This document shows positions 19,931 through 28,492 of a DNA stretch of 64,000 nucleotides, one piece after another. This DNA comes from Acinetobacter phage Ab15: sequence record PP763259.1, one strand, 5' to 3'. The position numbers and the translations under genes were made by a program. The notes under the pieces are model-generated. The model did not search any database and was not told where the DNA came from. It worked only from the letters and a program-made list of their open reading frames with translations. Numbering within the stretch: position 1 is the first letter of the stretch; every line of letters begins with the position of its first letter.

Positions 19931-21175
19931 ATGGAACAACTTGTTTTAAATATTAATAAAGTCCCTGTTGTGGAAGCATCTCAATTTAAATACTCAGACC
20001 ATATTTTTGTTTCAGTTAATGGTCAATTTAAAAGAATGAAAAGAACTGATCTCATTACCTTATTGAGTGCTGATGTTAAGGGTGAAAAAGGTGAGAGAGG
20101 TCCGATTGGTTTACAAGGTAGGACTGGAGCTACAGGTGCAACTGGTGCCACAGGAGCTACAGGTGCAACTGGAGATAAAGGCGATAAGGGAGATCGTGGA
20201 GATCGTGGTTTCCGAGGATGGTCACCAGTCTTCAAATCAGTGGCTGAAGATGGTTCTATTTACCTATACTTAAGTGATTGGGTTGGTGGTGAAAATACAA
20301 AACCTGATGTTCTAGGTTATATCTCACCTACAGGGATTGTAAACTATATCACTGAGGGCGCAACTGCAATCAACACTGACTTTGCACCACAAATCAATGA
20401 CCTTCAAGCAAATAAACTAGACGTTGGCTCTACAACTAGTGCTATCCCTGAAGGTTCAAACTTGTATTATACAGATGCAAGAGTTCGTGATGTAATCCTT
20501 ACAGATCTCTCTACAGCGACCTCTACAGCTATTGTAGCGACAGATACTGTATTAAGTGCATTTGGCAAGGCACAGGCTCAACTTAACCTTAAACAGAACA
20601 GTTCAAGCTTAGGAACAGATGTACAAGCTACAGTTCTATCTACTTACACCGTTGGTGGTAATACAGAAATTGCCAACACTGACACCATAGCAGCAGCTTT
20701 TGGTAAAGCTCAAGGGCAAATTAATGCTAGACAACTTTCAGCCAATCTTTCATCTGATGTTCAGGCTTTAGTACTTTCAGGTTATGTTGTTGGTTCTAAC
20801 ACAGCTTTAGCCAATACAGATACTTTCATTGCTGCTCTTGGCAAGTTGCAAGGTCAGATCAATGCCAGAGAGGTAGCTGCCAATGTACCAGCAGATGTTA
20901 GGGCAACAGTTCTTACAGGTCTTTCTACAGCAAGTTCTACAGCAATTACTGCTACAGATACTGTCTTGTCAGCCTTCGGGAAATTACAAGCCCAAGTCAA
21001 CTTGAAACAAGACTCATCTACCCTAGCTGCAAATGTAAGATCAACAACCCTTACAGGTTTCTCTGCTACACCAAACTCAGCAGTAGTTGCAGCAGACACT
21101 ATATTGGCAGCAATAGGAAAATTACAGGCTCAAGTTGATAGTTTATCTTCTAGAGTAACAGCACTAGGAGGATAA
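19931..21175 (+). CDS. collagen-like tail fiber protein with internal ~42-aa repeats
   Basis: Gly-X-Y run GEKGERGPIGLQGRTGATGATGATGATGATGDKGDKGDRGDRGFRG (nt 20081..20218). C-terminal 2/3 consists of at least 5 divergent repeats ...TDTVLSAFGKAQAQLNLKQ... Confidence 0.6.
   Translation: MEQLVLNINKVPVVEASQFKYSDHIFVSVNGQFKRMKRTDLITLLSADVKGEKGERGPIGLQGRTGATGATGATGATGATGDKGDKGDRGDRGFRGWSPVFKSVAEDGSIYLYLSDWVGGENTKPDVLGYISPTGIVNYITEGATAINTDFAPQINDLQANKLDVGSTTSAIPEGSNLYYTDARVRDVILTDLSTATSTAIVATDTVLSAFGKAQAQLNLKQNSSSLGTDVQATVLSTYTVGGNTEIANTDTIAAAFGKAQGQINARQLSANLSSDVQALVLSGYVVGSNTALANTDTFIAALGKLQGQINAREVAANVPADVRATVLTGLSTASSTAITATDTVLSAFGKLQAQVNLKQDSSTLAANVRSTTLTGFSATPNSAVVAADTILAAIGKLQAQVDSLSSRVTALGG
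20081..20218 (+). repeat. 9-bp (GGn-GCn-ACn) collagen-like tandem repeat inside tail fiber gene
   Basis: ggtgcaactggtgccacaggagctacaggtgcaactgga... encoding (G-A-T)n and G-D-K / G-D-R triplets. Confidence 0.7.
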
Positions 21176-21176
21176 T

Positions 21177-21743
21177 ATGGCAACAACTTTTCTAGAGGAA
21201 ACTGTAGAAGTTTCAATTTCTCGTGAAGAGGCACCAACAACCTCTTCAGGGGTTGACCTAAGAAATATTTTAATTGTTAGCGACAACCCTAGATATTCAG
21301 ATAGTCATCGAGTCTACTCATCTGTTTCTGAAATGAAAATGGATGGTTTTACCAGTGATGACTTCGCTTTAAAATTTGCTGCTCTTTACTTCCCAAATAC
21401 AACAATACCTTACGATAGACCAAAGCTTATTGTATCTGGTGGTGCTCTTCTAACAGATTACCATGAATATATTAACAAGATATCTCAAGTATTGCAATCA
21501 ACAGATAACTTTGGATTGATTGTTACTGATGGTTTATATAGAGGCTTAACTGAGGAACAAGGTGCCAACTTTGTAATTAATGTTGCCCAGTATGTTGAAA
21601 CTACTGAGAAGTTTTATGCAGTTTTTCTCGACAATAGATTTATGCCTGAATACAAACAATTCATCCATGCAGCTAGTGATGATGTTGTACTAACAGAATC
21701 ACCTGAAGGATTATTGACAGAGAGTTCCTTTGTCAAAGAATAA
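21177..21743 (+). CDS. hypothetical protein (tail fiber assembly/chaperone position)
   Basis: 188-aa ORF overlapping the fiber stop (TAATATG). Confidence 0.3.
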   Translation: MATTFLEETVEVSISREEAPTTSSGVDLRNILIVSDNPRYSDSHRVYSSVSEMKMDGFTSDDFALKFAALYFPNTTIPYDRPKLIVSGGALLTDYHEYINKISQVLQSTDNFGLIVTDGLYRGLTEEQGANFVINVAQYVETTEKFYAVFLDNRFMPEYKQFIHAASDDVVLTESPEGLLTESSFVKE

Positions 21744-21769
21744 TTCAAGGCAGTTAAAAGGAGTTTAAC

Positions 21770-22444
21770 ATGGACATTTTAAAATTTAACTCTCGTGGTG
21801 ATTTAGTAGTTCACCTACAGAAAAAACTTGCATCATTAGGCTATAAGTTAAACCCAGATGGAATCTTTGGAAAGGCCACACAAGAAGCTGTTATTCATTT
21901 CCAAAGACAAAATGGCTTAACTTCTGATGGTATCGTTGGCAAGTTAACTTGGTCTATGTTGGACTCTAAAACTTCATCAATAGGTAAAACTAGAACAATT
22001 AGCCAAAACGGTATTGACTTTATAAAAAGTTTTGAGGGCTTAAGACTGCGTGCTTATGACGATGGTGTTGGGGTGATAACTATTGGTTATGGCACAACCC
22101 GTTATCCAAATGGTCATAAAGTTCAATTAGGCGATACCTGCACTGAAAAACAGGCAGAACAATACTTAGCCAATGATTTAGTCAAGTTTGAAAAAGCTGT
22201 TAATGAACTGGTAAAAGTCCCAGTCAATCAAAACCAATATGATGCACTTGTTAGCTTCACATATAATGTTGGAGTAGGTGCACTATCCACAAGTAAGGCT
22301 TTAAAGCTTCTAAATGCTGGTGATTACACTGGTTGTGCTAAAGCTATGCTTTCTTGGAATAAAGGTCGTGTTGGTGGAAAACTTGTTGAAATTGGTGGTC
22401 TAACCAGAAGAAGAAATGCAGAAAAGGATTTATTTTTAAAATAA
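21770..22444 (+). CDS. endolysin: N-terminal PG_binding_1 domain + GH24 (T4-lysozyme-like) muramidase
   Basis: N-terminal LQKKLASLGYKLNPDGIFGKATQEAVIHFQRQNGLTSDGIVGKLTW (peptidoglycan-binding repeat). Catalytic region FEGLRLRAYDDGVGVITIGYGTT (T4L Glu11/Asp20 register). Confidence 0.8.
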   Translation: MDILKFNSRGDLVVHLQKKLASLGYKLNPDGIFGKATQEAVIHFQRQNGLTSDGIVGKLTWSMLDSKTSSIGKTRTISQNGIDFIKSFEGLRLRAYDDGVGVITIGYGTTRYPNGHKVQLGDTCTEKQAEQYLANDLVKFEKAVNELVKVPVNQNQYDALVSFTYNVGVGALSTSKALKLLNAGDYTGCAKAMLSWNKGRVGGKLVEIGGLTRRRNAEKDLFLK

Positions 22445-22465
22445 AAAGGATACAAGGAGAGATTT

Positions 22466-22747
22466 ATGGCTGATGTTTTAGTATCAGGTATCAAAATTTC
22501 AGAAATGGAATTAGTTAACGATGTAACAGGCGCTGAGAAAGTACCTACAGATCAAACAGGTGATAAAGCTATTAATATTGACCAGATATTAGCTTATGTT
22601 AATAGTAAGGTTAAACCTGTTTGGGGAAACATTCAAGGTGATATTGATCAGCAAACTGACTTGATTGACATCATAACTGCTCAAAATGCCACATTGATAA
22701 ATGAAATTGAACAGCTTAAACTTAGAGTTACACAACTAGAAACTTAA
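22466..22747 (+). CDS. hypothetical protein with C-terminal coiled coil
   Basis: 93-aa ORF, RBS aaggagag upstream. Last gene of the plus-strand late block. Confidence 0.4.
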   Translation: MADVLVSGIKISEMELVNDVTGAEKVPTDQTGDKAINIDQILAYVNSKVKPVWGNIQGDIDQQTDLIDIITAQNATLINEIEQLKLRVTQLET

Positions 22748-22751
22748 AAAG

Positions 22752-22784
22752 AAACCCCTGAAGGAATTCCTTCAGGGGTTTTTC
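22752..22784. terminator. bidirectional intrinsic terminator (aaacccctgaagg aatt ccttcaggggttt)
   Basis: 13-bp perfect palindrome around an EcoRI-like AATT centre. Flanked by A-run on the left and T-run on the right. Sits between convergent genes. Confidence 0.8.
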
Positions 22785-22804
22785 TATGGCTAAAAATTTA
22801 TGAT

Positions 22805-25576
22805 TTATTGACAGTTATCACATTCTTCATGTCGCTTAATATCACCAGATCCCCTCATAGAGTAGATGTAGTATAAAGCTAAGATACCTGCATTTTCCAA
22901 AGCATATTTGTGAACCTTCATAATATACTCTGGAGTGTCATTACTTGTAAAATACAAGTTGATTGACTGTTGCTGATCAATATATTGTTGTCGTTGTGCA
23001 CACAAATCCAAATGTTTGATCATGTCAATCTCAAAGGCAGTTCTAAAGACATCCTTCTCATGCTGAGTCAACCAGTGAACATGTTGTACAGAACCTTTAT
23101 GCTTATTGATGTCATTGATTACGTCTTCATTGTAAACACCACGTTCCTTCATGATCTCTAGAAGGACCTTATTAACCCTCCAGATATCTCCTCCAGCACT
23201 CTGCTTAACGAACACCATAGCAACATCTAAACCAATACCTTCAGAAGCACCAGCCATAATCTCTGCTGTTGACTTTGTAGGTGGCATCATCATCGTTGTT
23301 GCATTACGGATTCCTAAATGAGCGCACCCTTCAGGCATACCAACTTCACGAGCCAACCACTTAGAAGCAGCTAAGGTTTGATCTCTCATACCCTTAAAGA
23401 TTTCTTCATTTAACCAGAAGCTCTCAAGGCTACCTACCACAATTCTACGTTTTTGTAGTAGTGTGTGGAAACCTAATACACCTGTACCAACTGCACGGAA
23501 TCTCTTGGTGAAGGCTAAGATTTTTCTAAATGCCAAGGCATCCTCTTTACCTTGCTTAGTTCGGTTTTCCATAAACTCGATGTAGTCACTCACATTACAA
23601 TCTTGCATTACATGTGCAATAAATGCTAAGTGAGGACATCTCGATTTCCACTCATCGTATAAGTCAAGGTTCAAGTTCAGAATTACACAAGAGAATGTAT
23701 GCTTCTCATCACTACCAAGTAACACTTCTTGGCAATTCATAGTATTCAAACCATTGAACATCAACATGTTACGTTTTGGCTCAAGTGCACAATATGTATC
23801 ATCAAATCTTCCTTGGTCGATCACTTCATCAACACATACAAATCTTTCAGCAGAACGTTGAGGTTTTCTTTCACTCCATTTTAGGCGGTGTGTTTTTAAA
23901 CCTAACTGACTCAACTTAAAGAGACCTGTACTCGATACAAGAAGACGATAAGCATCTTGGCATTCAAACAGTCCTTTATCACCCGTACCATTATTGAGAG
24001 GTAATTCTTTTAGACCACCTACATCCCTCAAGACAACCTTTGAAGAAACACCAAGTGTTTGTAACATCAATTGCACATCTTGTAAGAATGTCTTGTGAAT
24101 GCTTACCACTTGGATAGATTCATTTTCACCATTACGAGCAATAGTTCCATCTGAATCTAGGAGTCCAGCAAACCATTCCAATCGGCTTTCAACAGTGTAC
24201 TCAGATGTTGGTACAAAGAATTTATCCTTAAGTCCTTCACTGTGAGTAAGCTTAATACGATCACCACCTTGAAGTCCTGACACTGAAGAAACGCAAGTTA
24301 TATTTTCAAGTAACTCCTTCTTCTTACCATACAAGTATGTGTGTTTTTTACCTTTGTATTCAAAACCATCACCAGTGAAGAATCCATTAGTGTAAGCATG
24401 TTCGAGGGTCTTGTCACCTAAAATAACTGGTAGATCAAATTTAGATAGTCGATCACCAGACTTCAACTCGTAGGCACGTTTAATGACCTCATTGCCATCC
24501 TCACCAACAACCTTAAAGCGGTGATACTCTGTGCAATCTAATTCATACCCTGAATCAGTTACCACTTTAACTAACTTCTGATTTTCACCAGTTTTGATAA
24601 TTGTCACTTCAGACCATTCAAAACCATTCCACACCTCGACCTGTTGTCCCTCAAGGTCAGAAATCGTTTGATATCCACTTTTAGTTAAGATTAATGTCTC
24701 AGGTGAAACACACAAATTAGAAGCTTTCGCTGTCATACCTGCATCTTTAAATGCCTGAGCTAAGTGGCGGTTCATTTCATCAATCTTAGTGAAGTAACCC
24801 TTACCACGTTGCATCTTGATAGCAATAGCTTTAGCTAATAGGGCAACTGCTTCTGGGTCATCCTTGACTAACTTCTCAATGTACTCGTCCTTACATAACC
24901 ATGCTGGGTTATTACTTTCAGGTCGTTTGAATAAGTACTTTAAAACTTCCTCAAACTCGGGATGTTCAATACTTACAGCATAAGATAAACTACCTCTACG
25001 GCTACCTTGAACAACCTCATCCATACAGTTGATTAAGTCACGGATAAGAGGCATAACCCCACCACTGTAACCACCACGAGGTAGTTTCTTACCTTTATAG
25101 GCCCAATCATCAATTGAGTAAGATGTACCATGTGAGTGCTTAGTTAGGATAGCTGCTTCAGTCACACAATCATAACGAGAGAACAAGTCATCACCAACAT
25201 AACCGCTAGCACAACTTACTGTTGATCCCCTTTCAGGTAAACCACTGTTCGCCAATAAAGGAGTTGAACAAGACACATAACCATCCCAAAGTACGTCAAA
25301 AAACACCTCCTCCCAAGTTTTACCAGCCGTATAAGTATCCACATTCCACCAAGAAGGGTACTTATCTGGTGCATGTTTAGCTAAAGTCTTAGCAATCATT
25401 TTATAGCGAGCTTTTACAGTCTCACCATTCCACGAATACTTTTCAAAGAACAACTGAGTCCCACCAGTGGTAAACCATTTAGGGATCTCTCCATGTTCTT
25501 GTAGTTTTTTTCGAAGTTGACTGTAACTGTCAACCCCGTATAATTCCAATGTCTCTAAATAAGATAAAACAGCCAC
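22805..25576 (-). CDS. nrdA: ribonucleotide reductase large subunit (class I NrdA-like) interrupted by an intein
   Basis: Extein motifs VSCSTPLLANSG, SNL-[intein]-CQEVLL...FSCVILNLNL match the NrdA SNLCxEI...LCxLxxxNL active-site region. Mature extein length about 597 aa, no ATP cone. Confidence 0.8.
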   Translation of the reverse strand: MAVLSYLETLELYGVDSYSQLRKKLQEHGEIPKWFTTGGTQLFFEKYSWNGETVKARYKMIAKTLAKHAPDKYPSWWNVDTYTAGKTWEEVFFDVLWDGYVSCSTPLLANSGLPERGSTVSCASGYVGDDLFSRYDCVTEAAILTKHSHGTSYSIDDWAYKGKKLPRGGYSGGVMPLIRDLINCMDEVVQGSRRGSLSYAVSIEHPEFEEVLKYLFKRPESNNPAWLCKDEYIEKLVKDDPEAVALLAKAIAIKMQRGKGYFTKIDEMNRHLAQAFKDAGMTAKASNLCVSPETLILTKSGYQTISDLEGQQVEVWNGFEWSEVTIIKTGENQKLVKVVTDSGYELDCTEYHRFKVVGEDGNEVIKRAYELKSGDRLSKFDLPVILGDKTLEHAYTNGFFTGDGFEYKGKKHTYLYGKKKELLENITCVSSVSGLQGGDRIKLTHSEGLKDKFFVPTSEYTVESRLEWFAGLLDSDGTIARNGENESIQVVSIHKTFLQDVQLMLQTLGVSSKVVLRDVGGLKELPLNNGTGDKGLFECQDAYRLLVSSTGLFKLSQLGLKTHRLKWSERKPQRSAERFVCVDEVIDQGRFDDTYCALEPKRNMLMFNGLNTMNCQEVLLGSDEKHTFSCVILNLNLDLYDEWKSRCPHLAFIAHVMQDCNVSDYIEFMENRTKQGKEDALAFRKILAFTKRFRAVGTGVLGFHTLLQKRRIVVGSLESFWLNEEIFKGMRDQTLAASKWLAREVGMPEGCAHLGIRNATTMMMPPTKSTAEIMAGASEGIGLDVAMVFVKQSAGGDIWRVNKVLLEIMKERGVYNEDVINDINKHKGSVQHVHWLTQHEKDVFRTAFEIDMIKHLDLCAQRQQYIDQQQSINLYFTSNDTPEYIMKVHKYALENAGILALYYIYSMRGSGDIKRHEECDNCQ
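23735..24712 (-). mobile_element. intein (326 aa) with LAGLIDADG homing-endonuclease domain inside nrdA
   Basis: Begins CVSPETLILTKSGYQ (block A). LAGLIDADG-type motifs NGFFTGDGF and LEWFAGLLDSDGTI. Ends ...MLMFNGLNTMN followed by +1 Cys, which is the catalytic Cys of the NLC(x)E motif. Penultimate His replaced by Met. Confidence 0.8.
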
Positions 25577-25586
25577 AAATACCTCC

Positions 25587-26150
25587 TTACTTACTTCCTT
25601 GTAATCCTTTATTCTCTTCTGAATCTTCCATGATCAGCTTCAAGAGTTCTTCTTGTTCCTCTTGTTCTTTCTTCCTCATATTATTCCAAGCTTCTACAAA
25701 CATAGCCTCAGACCAGTTACTTTCATACTCTCGGTTTTGACCCTTAGTGAAGAAATCTGGCATCTGGTAACCGTATGTATTTAAGTTAAACATCTTAGCC
25801 ACTTTAGAATCCTTCTGAGTAACTTGAAACTCTTTAGGGATTTTATCTACAGGAACCTGCAAACGAGTCAAGAAAGTAAAGATTCGGAAGCGCACAAAAT
25901 CAATGTACTCGGCTGTTGTATACCCATTAAGTGAACCTGAAGGGATTGCCATATCAATGATTCGCTTCTCATGCTCTAACACGTAGTGGCAAGCTTGTAG
26001 TAACTTTCCAAACATTTCTTCATGCTCATGTAGAGGTTTCCCTACTTCATGGAAATAGGTGTTAAAATGTTCTGCGGCGTAAATTCCATGCAACATGGGT
26101 TGTTCAGGTGTGCTCGTTACACACACCCCGTAGAGTACTTCACCACTCAA
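25587..26150 (-). CDS. nrdB: ribonucleotide reductase small subunit, C-terminal exon (exon 2)
   Basis: 187-aa ORF with no ATG at its 5' end (track start is TTG). In-frame stop 13 codons upstream. Continues the ferritin-like fold begun in 26539..27306. Confidence 0.65.
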   Translation of the reverse strand: MSGEVLYGVCVTSTPEQPMLHGIYAAEHFNTYFHEVGKPLHEHEEMFGKLLQACHYVLEHEKRIIDMAIPSGSLNGYTTAEYIDFVRFRIFTFLTRLQVPVDKIPKEFQVTQKDSKVAKMFNLNTYGYQMPDFFTKGQNREYESNWSEAMFVEAWNNMRKKEQEEQEELLKLIMEDSEENKGLQGSK

Positions 26151-26538
26151 GTACTCACAGCTTACACTTTCATGTAAGATCAGACTATATCATCACCACA
26201 AGGTTTTACTTGTTGTGGTGCTTCCCACTTCGGTCTTACTTAAGACCTACTCCCCGAAGGGATAGTCGTTGAGGATTCTAAACCTAATTCCAACCACAAA
26301 GCTTTCCAACGTTTTTTATGCCTAATTAACGAAACATATCTAATGTATCCAGAAAATTTTGGATGTTTAAATTTTTCCATAATTACCTCCATAATAAGAG
26401 GTTGGAATTAGGTTTAGCTTTCCTGCTGATTGCCCAATACTTTAGATTTTTACTCAGTGTTTAAATTTTTCAACACTTCAGTACTAAAGTCTCTAAGGGG
26501 TTTCCAGCATTTCAAGAAGTTTATTGAGGACTTGCAAA
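26151..26538 (-). ncRNA. group I self-splicing intron (ORF-less) in nrdB; boundaries approximate to within 40 nt
   Basis: Minus-strand RNA contains R-like element CAACGACUAUC (fwd 26261..26271) and S-like element GAUAUAGUCUG (fwd 26181..26191), able to form P7 (GACUA/UAGUC). Also a CCCUUCGGGG tetraloop hairpin, a GGUCUUAAGUAAGACC hairpin, and a P9-like CUUACA-UGAAAG-UGUAAG hairpin just before exon 2. No ORF of 60 aa or more on either strand. Confidence 0.65.
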
Positions 26539-27306
26539 TTAATCCTCATCTAGTGCACTCTGGTTAGCAATTTGGGCAATAACTTTAATTAAGTTAAAAC
26601 CATTTGTCTGGAAGCTCTTAAGGATAGCAAAACTAGAGAACAACAAAGCTGTCTCTGTTAAAGAGAAGCACAAGCATGCAAGCATCTTGTTTTCATCTCG
26701 CATTAAACCATCTAACCATTCCATACGTTCATTGAGTACAGGGTCATCAATGTATGATGTGTAGTAATCATCAGTATCTAGTCCAAGTACAATGTTAATC
26801 TCATTGTACGTTCGTGCATGGACCATCAACTCAATCATTGCTAAAGCAGAAGCACCAGCACGGGATTCATGTCGAGGGAATACTTTAATGAATAATCCAT
26901 TCCAGAATTCATCACCAACAATTAATTCATACTGTAAGAATAAGTGTAGAACTGTTTTTACTGCATGTAGTTGCTCTTTAGTTAGCACATACTCAAGTTC
27001 CATCTGGTCATTCTTGACTTCCATTTCACTCTTAAACCACATCTGCTCTTCAAGCTGCTGGTCAGCAATCTCAAGAATCTTTGGGTACTTAATCTCATAG
27101 CCACTATTGGGTGATGTAATACGGGTTTGCACTAATCCAGTTTTCTCTGAATTTAATGTTTTGTTTATTGTCACATAAACGAATTTCCCTTCAGGGTTTT
27201 TCTCATCCTTGACATTGATGATAACCTTTCCAGCCGGTGGTGGTAAAAATCTAATCTTCTCAACCTGACCTTCGGTTAAATCCACCTCAATATTAATTTT
27301 AGACAT
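26539..27306 (-). CDS. nrdB: ribonucleotide reductase small subunit, N-terminal exon (exon 1; stop codon lies just inside intron)
   Basis: Contains di-iron/tyrosyl-radical region ...SALAMIELMVHARTYNEI... (Ex2H + Tyr register of NrdB) and ...CLCFSLTETALLFSSF... (second Glu ligand helix). ORF ends where the NrdB helix with the RDExxH ligands should follow. Confidence 0.7.
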   Translation of the reverse strand: MSKINIEVDLTEGQVEKIRFLPPPAGKVIINVKDEKNPEGKFVYVTINKTLNSEKTGLVQTRITSPNSGYEIKYPKILEIADQQLEEQMWFKSEMEVKNDQMELEYVLTKEQLHAVKTVLHLFLQYELIVGDEFWNGLFIKVFPRHESRAGASALAMIELMVHARTYNEINIVLGLDTDDYYTSYIDDPVLNERMEWLDGLMRDENKMLACLCFSLTETALLFSSFAILKSFQTNGFNLIKVIAQIANQSALDED

Positions 27307-27385
27307 CTTAACTCCTTTTAATTTTTAAAATTATAAATCATAAACTCCATGTAAAAGTAAGGCCACTCAATGGTGGCCTCTTCTG

Positions 27386-27862
27386 TTATTTACGTTTAAT
27401 TCTTGCACTGGTAATTCGAGGTTTATCTGAAGAGCGATGATACTCAATTTCAAAACCCAACTCATTTAAGATGTCTGAAAATTCACGAGAGGTTAAATTG
27501 GAGTCAAACAATGGTACATCCTCACCATAATTCTTGACAACTTTAATACCTTGAATTTCCTTACGAGATACCTTTTCCAAGATTTCTTCACAAAATAACT
27601 TAGCGAATAAGTCACACAGTGTTTGTACTGCTGGTCGTTTCTCTGGGGTTCGAAAACCGTTCTGGTCCTCTAATGAGTGCCAACCCCACCAACGACCTTC
27701 ACCAATATCTGTTTGTGCGAATAAACTTCGAGTATTTCTTTTGTGATCCTGATAATGCCCAAGTCGCACAATAAAGTTATCTAGAGTATTCCCTGTCATG
27801 TCTACATAATTAGGACGTTTGGTAGGGTCTTTCTCTTGGACTTGGTTTACTGTTTCAATCAT
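27386..27862 (-). CDS. hypothetical protein, first gene of the minus-strand nrd transcription unit
   Basis: 158-aa ORF (…DIGEGRWWGWHSLEDQNGF…) with RBS. Function not recognised. Confidence 0.4.
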   Translation of the reverse strand: MIETVNQVQEKDPTKRPNYVDMTGNTLDNFIVRLGHYQDHKRNTRSLFAQTDIGEGRWWGWHSLEDQNGFRTPEKRPAVQTLCDLFAKLFCEEILEKVSRKEIQGIKVVKNYGEDVPLFDSNLTSREFSDILNELGFEIEYHRSSDKPRITSARIKRK

Positions 27863-28287
27863 ATAGTCTCCTTATGAATTGTTTACATAATATGTAGGGA
27901 TGTTATCTGGCACCTCTACAAGTTGAAGGTATTGTAGTATGAATTAAATTTATAAAACACCCCACACCTTTAGAAATTCTTAAAAGTTTACCTTGTTTGG
28001 TTGTTTGTTAAACACAACACAAAATAAAGGTAGAACCTAGAGGTTATCTTTAAATTTGTCACTAGGGGAAATCCTTCAGGGAATAAAAAAGGGCACCACC
28101 TTGAAGTAGTGCCCTAAAAAGTACCCTAGGGAATATTAATATATTAACCCCTGAGGAAAATTTTTTAAGTATCCTCTTATATTTATAGTACCCCAAAAAG
28201 TCATTTTGTCAAGCTAAAACCATGCCAATTAATCATTGGAAATTTCGATTAAAAATTAAATATTAGTAAATTCTGTAAAAAATACAT

Positions 28288-28307
28288 CAGACCGATTTGA
28301 TCAAATG
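28288..28307. promoter_or_regulatory. 20-bp direct repeat copy 1 (cagaccgatttgatcaaatg) containing palindrome ATTTGATCAAAT
   Basis: Identical copy at 28351..28370. Internal 12-bp perfect palindrome with central GATC. Confidence 0.6.
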
Positions 28308-28350
28308 CATTTTTTAAAAGTGAAAATAACCAGTTCAAAATGGTTTTAAC

Positions 28351-28370
28351 CAGACCGATTTGATCAAATG
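28351..28370. promoter_or_regulatory. 20-bp direct repeat copy 2 (operator/iteron candidate)
   Basis: Perfect repeat of 28288..28307, 63 bp centre-to-centre. Lies 47 bp upstream of the TTGACA at 28417. Confidence 0.6.
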
Positions 28371-28416
28371 TTCTAATAAGGTAATAAATAGGGTTTTAAA
28401 TATGTTTCTTTTTAAG

Positions 28417-28443
28417 TTGACAGAGAAAAAATTTTTTTATAAA
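28417..28443 (+). promoter_or_regulatory. sigma70-like promoter (TTGACA, 15-nt spacer, TATAAA) for 28493 gene
   Basis: gTTGACAgagaaaaaattttttTATAAAg, 50 bp upstream of the ATG. Confidence 0.45.
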
Positions 28444-28492
28444 GTTATCCACATCCAAAGATGGTTGATTGGTATAAGTAAGGAGAATTTTT

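Noticed and set aside
22805-25576. Class II (B12-dependent) RNR assignment
   Set aside because: An adjacent nrdB (di-iron small subunit) and the NLC(x)E active-site register indicate class I
26151-26538. Interpretation of the nrdB interruption as a homing-endonuclease insertion or a two-subunit split NrdB
   Set aside because: No ORF of 60 aa or more on either strand within the gap, and the downstream ORF lacks an independent start, whereas group I core elements (P7 R/S, P9) are present
27863-28492. Possible tRNA or CRISPR content in the long AT-rich gap
   Set aside because: No cloverleaf-compatible 70-90 nt segment with conserved T-loop GTTC or D-loop features was seen. Only two direct repeats with no spacer array, so not CRISPR
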